Assembly (NCBI GenBank): GCA_965263355.1
Contig: CBDHHL010000034.1
Coordinates: forward strand, 1 to 64,000
Source: Leptolyngbyaceae cyanobacterium
GTDB lineage: Bacteria > Cyanobacteriota > Cyanobacteriia > Phormidesmidales > Phormidesmidaceae
Length of the DNA: 64,000 bases
Direction: 5' to 3'
The position numbers and the translations under genes are program-made. Below the pieces are notes generated by a model. The model did not search any database and was not told where the DNA came from. It saw only the letters and a program-made list of their open reading frames with translations. Positions 10,579 through 20,456 of this stretch are shown here, in pieces (the first letter of the stretch is position 1; the number at the start of each line of letters is the position of its first letter).

Positions 10579-11997
10579 TCATGACACTGGCCTCCACTTA
10601 TTGTTCACCCAAGCAATGCGCTCTGAAAGATAATCTTTATCGCCAGGATGTTGAACCCCTTTGTAATTGTCGTAGACCTGCGTGAACACTTCGTCACTCC
10701 AGATCACAGCATGGCCATCCACGTCGATACTGTATCCAGGCGCAATGCCAACCAACGTGGGTTCAAGTGACTTAACAGCCTTCCCATCATTAGACAACCG
10801 GCTAGCGACAATGTTAGGGGCGATGGTGTATATCGCCTGCTTTCGTTTAGTCCCGGCACTAGACAGTGTAGTGATTTTGTCGGCCAGCTTAGTGACCAAT
10901 GGCTTCATCTGTTCAGCGTATTGATTAGTTGTAGATGCTGTATAGATAAACTCATCCACAATCAATAAGCTGTGAGAGCTTTTCATGGCCTCGTCAATTA
11001 GCTCTATTGAATCTTCAATAGCGTCTTCAGCCGTATATGCATCACAGACTGACAAGTCAGCAATTACCTTTTTGGCATGGCTCCATATATCCAATGAATC
11101 TGCCTCGGCATGACAAAGATTTATATAAAAAGTCTTTGTTTTAAGATCGGATGCCGCTAACTCCGCAGAGCAAACAGCAGCTAGCCATGTTTTTCCAGAT
11201 CGTTGAGCGCCATAAAAAGCTCTAGAAACGTACGGCCTAGCAATGATCAATTCTTGAGCTGAAGCGCGCCTGCTGGATGCTTTCGTTGCAGCGACTGGTT
11301 CTAGTGGTTCTAGCCATGGGTCTTCTTCAAATTGATCAGCATTAGGTGTGAACACAGGCTCTACCTTGGCAGGGATTGTCCTGACTGACTTAGGCATCTT
11401 CTTTGGACGACGTTTGGGGATAGCGGGTGCTGCGTCGGGAATCGCTGAGGCAGCAATCTCTAACAAGTCCGTTCCAGCTGCCTCAGACATCAACTCTGGG
11501 TAATTCAGCCATCTCCCAGCTACGCCAATCAAGGTGTCAACCATGTTGATAGTGATGTGGTTGAACTCTTGAGGTCCTACCTGTTCAGCCAATGCTGTCA
11601 ACATATGGCCCTGATAATTTGTCAGGTAAAATCGAGCCTTATCTTCTTGGCTTAAATAATGGTGAGCTTGGACCCCTAGCTCTGGATATCCCGTTGAAAT
11701 GCCAGCATGACTATTAGCAGATCTCAAAGCATCCCAGTTATTCCAGGGCAACGGCATGAAACGCTTTGTCCTAGACGATTCACACACCATGCAGGCGGCA
11801 TAAGTGACAGCGCCCACAGCCAAAGGAACAGCAGCCGCAGCAGACCCTAGCAACCCAGCCGCACCCACAGCTATGGTTGTTAATCCGCTCGCTTTCCCCA
11901 GTTGGGCCAACTGCCTTGTCTGAGACGCTTTATTCCTGAGGCTTTTGGCCTGAATGATGAACCTGTTTCGATACGACATAGCTAATTTTCTAGACAA
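10579..11997 (-). CDS. Membrane-anchored P-loop ATPase (FtsK/HerA/coupling-protein-like)
   Basis: Walker A GAQRSGKT, Walker B LLIVDE, N-terminal Ala/Gly-rich TM hairpin, Pro/Lys linker. Confidence 0.7.
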   Translation of the reverse strand: MSRKLAMSYRNRFIIQAKSLRNKASQTRQLAQLGKASGLTTIAVGAAGLLGSAAAAVPLAVGAVTYAACMVCESSRTKRFMPLPWNNWDALRSANSHAGISTGYPELGVQAHHYLSQEDKARFYLTNYQGHMLTALAEQVGPQEFNHITINMVDTLIGVAGRWLNYPELMSEAAGTDLLEIAASAIPDAAPAIPKRRPKKMPKSVRTIPAKVEPVFTPNADQFEEDPWLEPLEPVAATKASSRRASAQELIIARPYVSRAFYGAQRSGKTWLAAVCSAELAASDLKTKTFYINLCHAEADSLDIWSHAKKVIADLSVCDAYTAEDAIEDSIELIDEAMKSSHSLLIVDEFIYTASTTNQYAEQMKPLVTKLADKITTLSSAGTKRKQAIYTIAPNIVASRLSNDGKAVKSLEPTLVGIAPGYSIDVDGHAVIWSDEVFTQVYDNYKGVQHPGDKDYLSERIAWVNNKWRPVS

Positions 11998-12802
11998 TCA
12001 TTTGTTCCTCAACCTCGTCCCCGGTGAAGCGATCAAACAACTCAAACCCAAACACAGTTAGCAACGCATAAATCGTATTAACGATAAAGCTGCCCGCACC
12101 TGAGAAAGAGCCCAAAAAAGCGCCGAATTCAACGATGTACAGCAAGCAGATGCCAGCATAACCAACACCTACTTCACCCATCCCTTGCCGGTTATGCTCC
12201 TCTGCTCGGATAGCTGCTAGAGCAATCGCTCTAGGGTCAGCCTTAACCTTTTTCATGGAATTAGCTTTTTCGAACTGAGCTTTGGTGATCTCCGCTGATT
12301 TCTTTCTTATGAAAACAGCCTCAAACCGCTGGATCATAATGGCAGTACTAGCCGCAAGAACAAATAAAGCGGGGTTACTCCAAACTGTCCAGAACTCAGA
12401 TTTTGCCCTTTCTCTAATAAAATCAGGCATCCACTCCCAGTCTTTTGTGACTTCGTTAACCAGCAGATTATGAAGATTAGCGATGGGCAGTAACCGTCTG
12501 ATATCGGCTCCATCATTCACTGCAAACTTAGGGACAAACCGTCGTGTCCGCCTAACGGATTCAACGACTTCTTTGTATTCAGCCTTGGTCGTGAATTCAG
12601 AGCGCTGAGGGTGATTGACAGGCACAGCTACCATGACACTCTCAATAGACAAAAGAGCACAGTAGGTAGTCGCCACATGCGCTACCAGGCCAAACCCTGG
12701 CACGCTAGATAAATAGCGGTAGCTACGAGTAGCGGCTCTAAAAGGAGCTGCCCCAACGGCTACCCAAATGTTGTCATCTTTAATTGGTCTGGATGCTGTC
12801 AT
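11990..12802 (-). CDS. Multi-pass membrane protein
   Basis: About 4 hydrophobic segments; likely start MTASR; overlaps ATPase start. Confidence 0.6.
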   Translation of the reverse strand: MTASRPIKDDNIWVAVGAAPFRAATRSYRYLSSVPGFGLVAHVATTYCALLSIESVMVAVPVNHPQRSEFTTKAEYKEVVESVRRTRRFVPKFAVNDGADIRRLLPIANLHNLLVNEVTKDWEWMPDFIRERAKSEFWTVWSNPALFVLAASTAIMIQRFEAVFIRKKSAEITKAQFEKANSMKKVKADPRAIALAAIRAEEHNRQGMGEVGVGYAGICLLYIVEFGAFLGSFSGAGSFIVNTIYALLTVFGFELFDRFTGDEVEEQMIV

Positions 12803-13157
12803 TTTCGTTACTACAAACAGGATGGAACTGGAAGTACCCGTTAGGGTGAATATTGAGCGGATGCAGCGTGCCAATGATTAGCCGATTTTGGTCAAAAACC
12901 TTGACATAGTCATCTACCATTGACTGCCCTTGAATATCAAACCTCGGAGGAGTTAAGTCGCTGCACACATACCCATCAATGACCAAAGCATTGTACTGAG
13001 CTTGGTTGTTATCGGCATAGGTTTGAGAGATCGAACCTTGAGCATTAATACCTTTAATAGCTCGCTCTGTTTTTCGCTCTCGCTCAGCTAGCCAACGCTG
13101 GTGGCTTCTGTCGGCAGACCACTGAGACTGAAGACTGCCAAACCCAGCTAACGCCAT
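12780..13157 (-). CDS. Hypothetical protein of the ATPase cluster
   Basis: Co-oriented, overlapping ORF. Confidence 0.5.
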   Translation of the reverse strand: MALAGFGSLQSQWSADRSHQRWLAERERKTERAIKGINAQGSISQTYADNNQAQYNALVIDGYVCSDLTPPRFDIQGQSMVDDYVKVFDQNRLIIGTLHPLNIHPNGYFQFHPVCSNENDSIQTN

Positions 13158-13183
13158 GAAGCCACCAGCGATACAGCTAAGCC

Positions 13184-13561
13184 CTAATAATCCACCCCAG
13201 GCAACAATGCCGCCGATGGGGAGAGGCTTTGGGGCAAGGTTGGCACCGTGATACTCGGAGCAGACGGCAGCATCGCCTTTACTTCCTCCATGTTCACGAT
13301 CTCCAGCTTTGGGCGCTGAATCGCTCCGCCTAAGTCCAATTTGCTTAGCAACTTTCGTTCCAAGTCGTGCGCGAAAAAATCTTGCACCTGAGGAGCTAGC
13401 GTCTCAGCAATTAAATCATTCTGTGCTGCTGCGTCCTGCAATGTGGTCGAAATATTTTGAATCTGTGCATTAGCAACGCCTTGGGCGACTAATGCTGTGC
13501 TGGTCTCTGATTGCTGAGTCTCGTCAGCATACTGAGCATTGTCAAAAACTGAATTATCCAT
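13184..13561 (-). CDS. Hypothetical protein of the ATPase cluster
   Basis: 125-aa ORF, Ala/Gln-rich helical. Confidence 0.55.
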   Translation of the reverse strand: MDNSVFDNAQYADETQQSETSTALVAQGVANAQIQNISTTLQDAAAQNDLIAETLAPQVQDFFAHDLERKLLSKLDLGGAIQRPKLEIVNMEEVKAMLPSAPSITVPTLPQSLSPSAALLPGVDY

Positions 13562-13563
13562 AG

Positions 13564-13794
13564 CTAAGAACCTTGTTTTTTACATGCAGCAAGCGCCTCT
13601 CTTTTGGACAAGCCCTTGCGAGTGTACGAACCGAATAACGCGATCGCCTCAACCTCATCAACCGTGTAAAACCGCTTCTTAATATTCAAAAAAACACGCC
13701 AGTTATAAAACGCTGTCCTTGAAATTTCAGCGCCCACCAATTCGGTGGCGAGTTCATGGGCTTGCGTCACATTCAAGAGAGTGTCAATGGACAT
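13564..13794 (-). CDS. MerR/Xis-like winged-helix DNA-binding protein
   Basis: ISRTAFYNWR recognition helix followed by RFYTVDEVE wing motif. Confidence 0.6.
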   Translation of the reverse strand: MSIDTLLNVTQAHELATELVGAEISRTAFYNWRVFLNIKKRFYTVDEVEAIALFGSYTRKGLSKREALAACKKQGS

Positions 13795-13838
13795 TTAGAG
13801 AAAGGTCAACGAGAGAATCAGTGTTTTAGCGATTTCGA

Positions 13839-13897
13839 TGAACACTGGGTGAACATCCGCTGAACATGTCCTGAACGTTTCGGACATGTCCTGAACA
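13839..13897. repeat. Phased TGAACA direct repeats, ~11-bp period
   Basis: TGAAC(A/G) at 13839, 13850, 13861, 13872, 13892 and CGGACA at 13881. Confidence 0.8.
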
Positions 13898-14003
13898 TAG
13901 TCAATACTTTAGCACAAGTGCTCATAAGTGCAACACTGTTAGCAGATTTATTGCATAAGTGAAGCACTAAGCTAATATTGGCTAGACGTTATCAATTGAG
14001 TCA

Positions 14004-14261
14004 GTGCCCACCCAGAAGTCGCGAATATCTTTCATTGCAGACGAAAAACTGAAGTCGGAGCTAGAGGCATGGGCCGACGAAGATTTTCGAAGCCTTTCTA
14101 ATTTGGCGGAAGCTATAGTCAGGGAAGCGGTTGCCAAAAGGCAATCGCAGTCTAAGCGAAAGGCTATGGCTGAAGCACTGAAAGTGATAAAGGAAAAAGC
14201 TGGCGATGACGTCGAGATAGTTCAGGCGATCGCAGCCATAGAGAAAGGGCTCACCGACTAA
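14004..14261 (+). CDS. Ribbon-helix-helix (Arc/CopG-like) regulator
   Basis: RISFIAD..LK..LE.WA....RSLSNL pattern. Confidence 0.8.
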   Translation: MPTQKSRISFIADEKLKSELEAWADEDFRSLSNLAEAIVREAVAKRQSQSKRKAMAEALKVIKEKAGDDVEIVQAIAAIEKGLTD

Positions 14262-14321
14262 CCAATAAAAAACGAGGACCCCGCAGAGCCCCCGTCACCG
14301 AAGCGTATCCAATCTTATGAG

Positions 14322-14750
14322 CTATTGGCTGCGTTTTTTGAGGTAGCTTGCTGCTTCAACGACAACAGCAAGGCCAATGGTCAGTGCTCCTAAGGTAGCT
14401 GGGATTATCGCCAAGAAAAACAATGCCATGGATAGCCATTCAATGTTGAAAAGGATTTTTACTGCCACGGCCCCACTCAGTAGGGTTCCTGCAGGTATAG
14501 CAGCCAGCACGTCATTTATGACTATCGGCTTCGAGATCCAAATATATCGACCATTGTATAGATATTCTTTTTTCGTCTCCTGACCTCCTTTGCCACTGTC
14601 AATCAACATTGCATCAATCGCTGTTTTCGCTTCTCTGGTAGTAGCCCATTCGGCGGCAGTCAGCGTTGGATCTGTCTTTTTTGCCTTCAAAAAGGCTTGA
14701 TAGAATAACTCGGACCCTCTTTGGATTCTTTCTTTTTCCTCGTCCTTCAT
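14322..14750 (-). CDS. Membrane protein
   Basis: Two C-terminal TM helices. Confidence 0.55.
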   Translation of the reverse strand: MKDEEKERIQRGSELFYQAFLKAKKTDPTLTAAEWATTREAKTAIDAMLIDSGKGGQETKKEYLYNGRYIWISKPIVINDVLAAIPAGTLLSGAVAVKILFNIEWLSMALFFLAIIPATLGALTIGLAVVVEAASYLKKRSQ

Positions 14751-15401
14751 ATTTATTTCCTCTTATTTGACGTTTCATTTAGTACCCTATCAAGCCCAAC
14801 CGCGTTCCTGGTCCCAAGCTTTCCTGGCAGCATCTTCGACCATTTGCCGGATATCGCACTGCAGCCGGATTTCGGCCCAGCCAGTAGAGTCGGCGTCTTG
14901 GATGCGATTAGCCAACTGCAATAAAAACTGAACGGCCTTAACCGCAAGCCACAAAAGGCTTAGAGTGGTCAAGTGAACAAAAAACTGAATGACCTTAACC
15001 ATTTTTCTTATCCTTCTGCTTGACTGTGGGCTTGACGTTCGCAAACTTTGCTATCTGCTGGACTTGCCATTCAGACAGCCCAGTCCGTGCGGCCACCTCT
15101 GCAGCCTGCTTTTTGCTTAATGCCATTTGATTAATTCCTTAGTGTTTACAGGCCGACCACCGAAGTGGGGTGATCGGCTATGGATTGTGATTAGCCGTTG
15201 TAGAAGGCTAGTGCTGCGTGCATCGCCTCGGTACGCTGCTGCGGAGTAGCTAGTAACTCATCCAACGTGGCCCCCAAATCAGCCAGAAAGGACTCTACGC
15301 TGGCCGCTGGTATGCGATAGCTCTGGCCGGTGGTTTTGCAGTCGGCGTAGAGTTGGCCAAAGGTTTGGTTTTGTGTAAATGTGATCATTGCTAAGCCCTC
15401 C

Positions 15402-15884
15402 CTATGCTGCAGCGACTTGACGACGGACGGGTTTACGAGTCCAGCGGATGGCCACACCTGTCTGTGTGGGGAATAGCTGGACAGTGACACCAATGGATAG
15501 CTGCCTGGCAAATTCGCTAGGTGTTTTGATGGTGTAGGTTTCGTTGTCGCGGGTCTTCACAGTCACTTCAGTCACATAGCCATCGCCTGCAGTACGCCAG
15601 CTGGAATTGGTAGCCAAATAAGCGGGCATAGATTTACTGGAGACATGAGTGACAACCGACTGGTTTAGCCATTCCTCATAGTCAGCCTCAGCAGCAGCCT
15701 TGCATTCCTCCAAGGTGCCGACTGCCTTTACGGATTGAGCGTATGGCGCATATTCCCAGCGCATGGCCGTGATGTTAAATGCGATGTGGCCGAGGGTGCG
15801 ATCTCCACGATAGATGACGTACTGCGTATCGTGGGTTTGACGAAATTCAAGCCCTTTAGTAGGGCTTTGGGTTAGAGTTTGCAT
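15402..15884 (-). CDS. Hypothetical phage protein
   Basis: ORF in a co-oriented run; likely start MQTLTQ. Confidence 0.5.
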   Translation of the reverse strand: MQTLTQSPTKGLEFRQTHDTQYVIYRGDRTLGHIAFNITAMRWEYAPYAQSVKAVGTLEECKAAAEADYEEWLNQSVVTHVSSKSMPAYLATNSSWRTAGDGYVTEVTVKTRDNETYTIKTPSEFARQLSIGVTVQLFPTQTGVAIRWTRKPVRRQVAAA

Positions 15885-16227
15885 AGTTCGAATTGCTATT
15901 GGTTTGAGCTGCAAGCCCTGGTGTAGTTGGTAGCTCCCCAGGGCTTTGTTATGGAATTTAGTGCTGCTGATTGAATGCGTATGCCTGGATTTGCATCATC
16001 CTGTCAGTCAGCAAGTCTTGGTACTGCGCAGGGATGTTGCCATCTAGGGTCACCTGCAAGCGAGCGTTGGACAGTAGGTGCAGGCGCTTGGTGGTTACTG
16101 TGCGGCCACGCTGGTAGTCAGCGGCGGTGTTTTCCAAGGATTTTTGTAACTGAGAAAGGTTGATCATGTGGCTCCGGTGGTGTTTAATTACGCGAGCAGT
16201 ATTGGAAGCTTGCTCAGAGCCTTGAGA

Positions 16228-16509
16228 CTAAGCAGCTAACAATTTAATCAGCTGAGCCTTGCGTAGGCGGCTATAACCACGGAACCCACGACGCTTAGCC
16301 TCTGCCTTCAACTCCTTAACGGTGCTCAACTTACGCTCCAGACGCTGCAAGCAACGTTCGCCCATTTCATACTGATATGCATCCAGAGCAGCTTGAGCAG
16401 CTTCGTATGCAGCCTTACGCTTGGCCAGAGTTTTGGCATTCTTGCCGCGATAGTTGCGGTACTTACGGCTTGCGTCCTGGGCGGTGGCTTGAAGTTGAAG
16501 GAAAGTCAT
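16228..16509 (-). CDS. Protein with Rho-termination-factor N-terminal (Rho_N)-like domain
   Basis: TVKELKAEAKRRGFRGYSRLRKAQLIKLL. Confidence 0.75.
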   Translation of the reverse strand: MTFLQLQATAQDASRKYRNYRGKNAKTLAKRKAAYEAAQAALDAYQYEMGERCLQRLERKLSTVKELKAEAKRRGFRGYSRLRKAQLIKLLAA

Positions 16510-16556
16510 TATCGTGGGCTCCGGTGTTGTTTGCTTGGTTGGTTACTATTATGCAC

Positions 16557-16598
16557 GTTGACTTTCAACATGTCAATAGGTTGAAGTGTTGACTTTCA
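16557..16598. promoter_or_regulatory. Paired operator-like sites in a divergent intergenic region
   Basis: GTTGACTTTCA twice (16557, 16588); the first is part of the palindrome GTTGA-N3-TCAAC. Confidence 0.5.
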
Positions 16599-16649
16599 GT
16601 AAATCAATGCGTTAATATTCCAAAAAGTCAAGTATTTGGAGGACAATCT

Positions 16650-16931
16650 ATGGATGTTCTGTCTATGCCTGACGCCGTGAAAGTTTACTTAGATATTTCG
16701 AAATACTGGCCCAAAGATGAAGCGGGGGAGCCCGTATCGGTTAATTCCGTGTACACAAGTCTTTTGGGTGGTCCTAACGAAGTGGGCCGTAATACTTTGA
16801 GATTGGCGTTAGATGGACGACTGGACAGGGGGCATTTCTCGAACCAAGTGAAATTGGCCCGACTGGCCTCTATTTGGTCTGGACAAGAGGTAACGATACT
16901 AGACCTGCTGAGGATAGAAGAAGATGATTAA
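16650..16931 (+). CDS. Putative HTH regulator
   Basis: GGAGG RBS; VGRNTLRLALDG helix and DLL tail resemble Cro/C1-type proteins. Confidence 0.55.
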   Translation: MDVLSMPDAVKVYLDISKYWPKDEAGEPVSVNSVYTSLLGGPNEVGRNTLRLALDGRLDRGHFSNQVKLARLASIWSGQEVTILDLLRIEEDD

Positions 16932-16936
16932 AAGCC

Positions 16937-17425
16937 TTGGGTTCGAAAGTATCGTGCGGGAGGTCGTTGATGATTAACTCGATCTCCTTTGAGCAAAAGC
17001 GTCAATTACCCAGAGTTTCAGCGATTTATTTTGTGCTCGATAGTTGCGAAGGGATTTTGTACGTTGGTGAAACCCAGAGTCTGTTTTTCCGTTTTCTGAG
17101 TCATTCTCATAATTTGCACTTCAAGAAATGGAAGGCATCAGCTATCAAGTGGATGTGCGCTCAAGAGTTAACGAGCAAAAATAGAAAGCACTTAGAGCGA
17201 GCGCTAATCAAAAAGCTATTGCCACCTCTGAATAAGCAGTGTCACCCCGGCTTTCATGCCAACCCGCCCGCGCATAGGCAAGCTTTGTGCGGCGAAGTAG
17301 GCGTTAGTAGGACCTATTGGTATGACCTTGAGAAAGAGACTCTTAAGGGGACGTTGTCGATTGAAAACTTGCAGGCCATTGAGAAGTCGTTAGATGTTTC
17401 GTTCGGGGTGAAATTTGATGAGTGA
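16937..17425 (+). CDS. GIY-YIG nuclease domain fused to XRE-type HTH
   Basis: AIYFV...LYVGET...RF..H, then CGEVGVSRTYWYDLEK. Confidence 0.65.
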   Translation: MGSKVSCGRSLMINSISFEQKRQLPRVSAIYFVLDSCEGILYVGETQSLFFRFLSHSHNLHFKKWKASAIKWMCAQELTSKNRKHLERALIKKLLPPLNKQCHPGFHANPPAHRQALCGEVGVSRTYWYDLEKETLKGTLSIENLQAIEKSLDVSFGVKFDE

Positions 17426-18218
17426 TATAGCAAAAACAAACGCCTTATTCGATCAGCTGCGGCAAGTAGACAGTCACGGCGTTGAGTATTGGAGTGCTAG
17501 AGAGCTAGCCGCTCCTTTGGGATACCCAAAATGGGACCGTTTTGGCAAGGTGATTGAAAAAGCAACGTTGGCCTGTGAAAACTCTGGCAATGAAGCGTTT
17601 GATCATTTTCGAGGCTCCTCGAAAATGATAGCTACAGGCAAAGGAGCGGTAAGAAAAATAGATGACTTCAGGCTGACTCGTTACGGTGCCTACCTGACTG
17701 CGATGAATGGTGATCCACGCAAGCCTGAGATCGCTGCAGCTCAAGCCTATTTCGCAGCCAAGACGAGAGAAGCAGAGACTATCATTCCTGCCCAAAATGC
17801 AGAGCTAGAAAAAATGAAGATAGAGTTAGCTCTGCTTCATGCTAGGGAGCGTTTAGCCTCAGCTTCTCAAATGCTGGCCAACATCAACCCTGCGTTGCCT
17901 GCTATCACCTTTGGTAAGCATGATGCGGTTATTGAAGTAGAGAAGCCGGTCACAGTAATCGTGGACGCCTATGGCCGTTCTGAGAAATTTGACGGCATAA
18001 CCATCACTGAGTTGTCTAAGCGTTATGGATTCGGCAGAGGCACCAAAGCTAATAAGCAGTGCCGAGAGTGGATTAAGTCTTTGGGCATTGGTGAGAACCA
18101 GTGGATTGATGAACCCGCCGCTCACGTCACCAAGAAATTACCAAGAGAGATATTGAGTGTCCTGGATCAGAATTTTCAGGGTGCTAAAGGTGAGCGTCAA
18201 AAGTTAGTGGGAGAGTAG
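17418..18218 (+). CDS. Bro-N/DinD-family antirepressor-like protein
   Basis: EYWSAREL..LGY..W, LTRYGAYLTAMNGDPRKPEIAAAQAYFA. Confidence 0.85.
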   Translation: MSDIAKTNALFDQLRQVDSHGVEYWSARELAAPLGYPKWDRFGKVIEKATLACENSGNEAFDHFRGSSKMIATGKGAVRKIDDFRLTRYGAYLTAMNGDPRKPEIAAAQAYFAAKTREAETIIPAQNAELEKMKIELALLHARERLASASQMLANINPALPAITFGKHDAVIEVEKPVTVIVDAYGRSEKFDGITITELSKRYGFGRGTKANKQCREWIKSLGIGENQWIDEPAAHVTKKLPREILSVLDQNFQGAKGERQKLVGE

Positions 18219-18225
18219 CGGCGTA

Positions 18226-19465
18226 ATGAAAAGTCCACTTACAAGCAAATTACAGCAACAGTCTTCTGAGTTTGCAGAATACAGAGGCTACGAACTCGTT
18301 GACCTTGGTGTTTACGCAAAAACCGGATGGGAGCAAAGAGAATCTTTCTACGGCATCCAAATGGGCTTAAATCTACTCAATGGCCACATGGGGCTGATAC
18401 TTGTGTGGTTCAACCAAGGCGACTTTACCGCATGTTCGAAAGAGATTGATGCGGAAAATCTGCGCAAGTTTAGAGGTGCGTTTGACATACTCGATGCAGC
18501 GATAGAAAGTATCGACAAGCTACACGACCAAAGCATGGAGGCAACATGAACCTAGAAGAACTAAAACAAGACCTAACCGCCGCAACCATTGATCAACTAA
18601 CCAACGCGATGGGAGTTTATGCCTTCGCGTTGGCCACTTACGACTGGCCGGAAGAAGCTGCTGTTGGCATGACATTGAAGTTGCTAGACGAGCTAATGGA
18701 TAGCTCAGACGAGCTTTGCTCTGGCGTAGAGAAGGAGTTCATCGACGGAGCTAAAAAGCAAACTGAGGCGGCTATCGTAGAGGCACTAAGAGCCCAGCGG
18801 GAAAACATCGGTCGCGTAAAAGCGGCACTGGAAGAAAAGGCCAAGACTGTAAATTTAAATGAGCAAATAACCCAATGAACGCTTACGACTATTACTTAAA
18901 ACACTTCAGAGACGAGCTAGGTTTCACTCAAAGCCAGTCGGCGAAGGCTATCGGTATCTGTGAAAAAGCTTCAGAACAAACAGGAAGAACTTGCGGAGGC
19001 TTTGTATTCGCAAGTTCTGAATTAGCTAAATTGTTCAGAGTATTCCCATCGCAAAAGATGCTTCTAGAGCTTAGTCAGTTTGCAATGGCAGCGAATGTAT
19101 CTATGTCGTCTTTTATCCGTTTATCGACAGAAATATAACCCATGCCCCACACACTGCACGAAGTAAGCATTGAATCGACTCAGTTCTCAACCGAGCTAGA
19201 GATCGTGTTGCGTCAAAGCAACAGCTGCCTAACAATCAGCGCCAGCTCAACCCAAAGGGGACTTGCCTGGGCGTTTGCGTCTTGTTTAAGCGAACTGATT
19301 GGGACTGACGTAGAGGTCCATGTCACTGAAACCCAGGTTTCAATTGGCGAATGTCTGCTGCCTGGGGATGTGCTTAGTTGGTTGACGACACTGGAGGAAA
19401 CCAGGAGCACGGGATTCTTGACTAGGAGAGAGAACAGAATTATTTCGGAGGTATGGGAAAGATGA
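18226..19465 (+). other. Four small co-oriented hypothetical genes (18226-18549, 18546-18878, 18875-19138, 19142-19465)
   Basis: ATGA overlaps or 3-bp gaps indicate an operon. Confidence 0.55.
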
Positions 19466-19858
19466 GTTGGTTACCATAGACCTGTAGCACTTGGAGCACA
19501 ACATCATGATCGTAATCGGCGGCATTGCAGGCGACACCGGCCTTATTGGTGGGGATACTGGTTATTTGGGCGGGAGTACAGCAGGCTAATCAAATGACCA
19601 TCAAATAGCCAAACTCCTGTCCTTGGTGGCGTCCGGGCATCTCTCCGTAATTCATTACGCTGACTCATCAAATGGCCTGGTACCGTAATGAGTTACGGTA
19701 CCACCCAAAACAAAACCTCAACCCTAAACCCCAATAAGCCCGCTGCCAGCCCTAGGCGTCTGATATCGCGAAAGCAGCGGGCATGGTCATTGTAGCGGAG
19801 ATCTCCCAGGCATAGCAAAACCGCCAGGGCATAGCTCCAGCGGCTGTTTAATTTGCTA

Positions 19859-19896
19859 TTGACACCCCTAACTTGATTGTTTATGATGCAATCAAG
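19859..19896 (+). promoter_or_regulatory. Sigma70-type promoter with palindromic operator (copy 2)
   Basis: TTGACA-17bp-TATGAT (19859-19887); same CTTGATTG-N9-CAATCAAG site. Confidence 0.8.
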
Positions 19897-20153
19897 TTAC
19901 TGAGGAAGATAAATGTTTATTGCACAGAGTATCACTACCGGCGCATACGTTGAGATTAGCGCTCGCTATTCCTTTGAAGTCGCCGAGCAGGCACCCGAGG
20001 GATACACCCGAATCATGAAAAAAGAGGCGGCGATCGCCTGGGGGTACATTAATGCCTAACCACGGAGGCAAGCGACAGGGGGCAGGCCGAAAGCCCTCTG
20101 GTCGTACAAAACGGGTAGGGCCGTTCATGCTGTCCCCTGAGGCGGCGGAATGG
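19872..20153 (+). repeat. 282-bp direct repeat, copy 2
   Basis: Matches 7913-8194. Confidence 0.95.
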
Positions 20154-20315
20154 TTGAACACGCAGGTTAATAAAAGCGAAGCAGTTGATAAGTTGATACT
20201 GGAGAAAATACAGAGCCAACAAAAAACGCAGCCTCGAAAGACTGCGTTATCTATCCATCAGGTTGGCTTTATTCTAACTTGGGGTTCCCGACCCGATAGC
20301 AATGACCAGATCTAA
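20052..20315 (+). CDS. Small DNA-binding protein, paralog of 8093-8281 with a different C-terminus
   Basis: Identical N-terminus through EAAEWL. Confidence 0.6.
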   Translation: MPNHGGKRQGAGRKPSGRTKRVGPFMLSPEAAEWLNTQVNKSEAVDKLILEKIQSQQKTQPRKTALSIHQVGFILTWGSRPDSNDQI

Positions 20316-20456
20316 AACAACCTGCCCTGCCCCAGCGCTGATTAGGCTGTCGGGAGTGCTGCCCTCTAGCTCTCTGTGTGGGGCCTTAAGCCACTTTTCG
20401 GCCTCATCGTCGCTGTATCCGTAGCTAATCAGAAGGCTTTTTATTTTTTGTCTCAT
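20274..20456 (-). CDS. Orphan MbcA/ParS/Xre antitoxin C-terminal-like domain protein
   Basis: DEAEKWLKAPHRELEGSTPDSLI..G...V matches the family pattern. Confidence 0.7.
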   Translation of the reverse strand: MRQKIKSLLISYGYSDDEAEKWLKAPHRELEGSTPDSLISAGAGQVVLDLVIAIGSGTPS

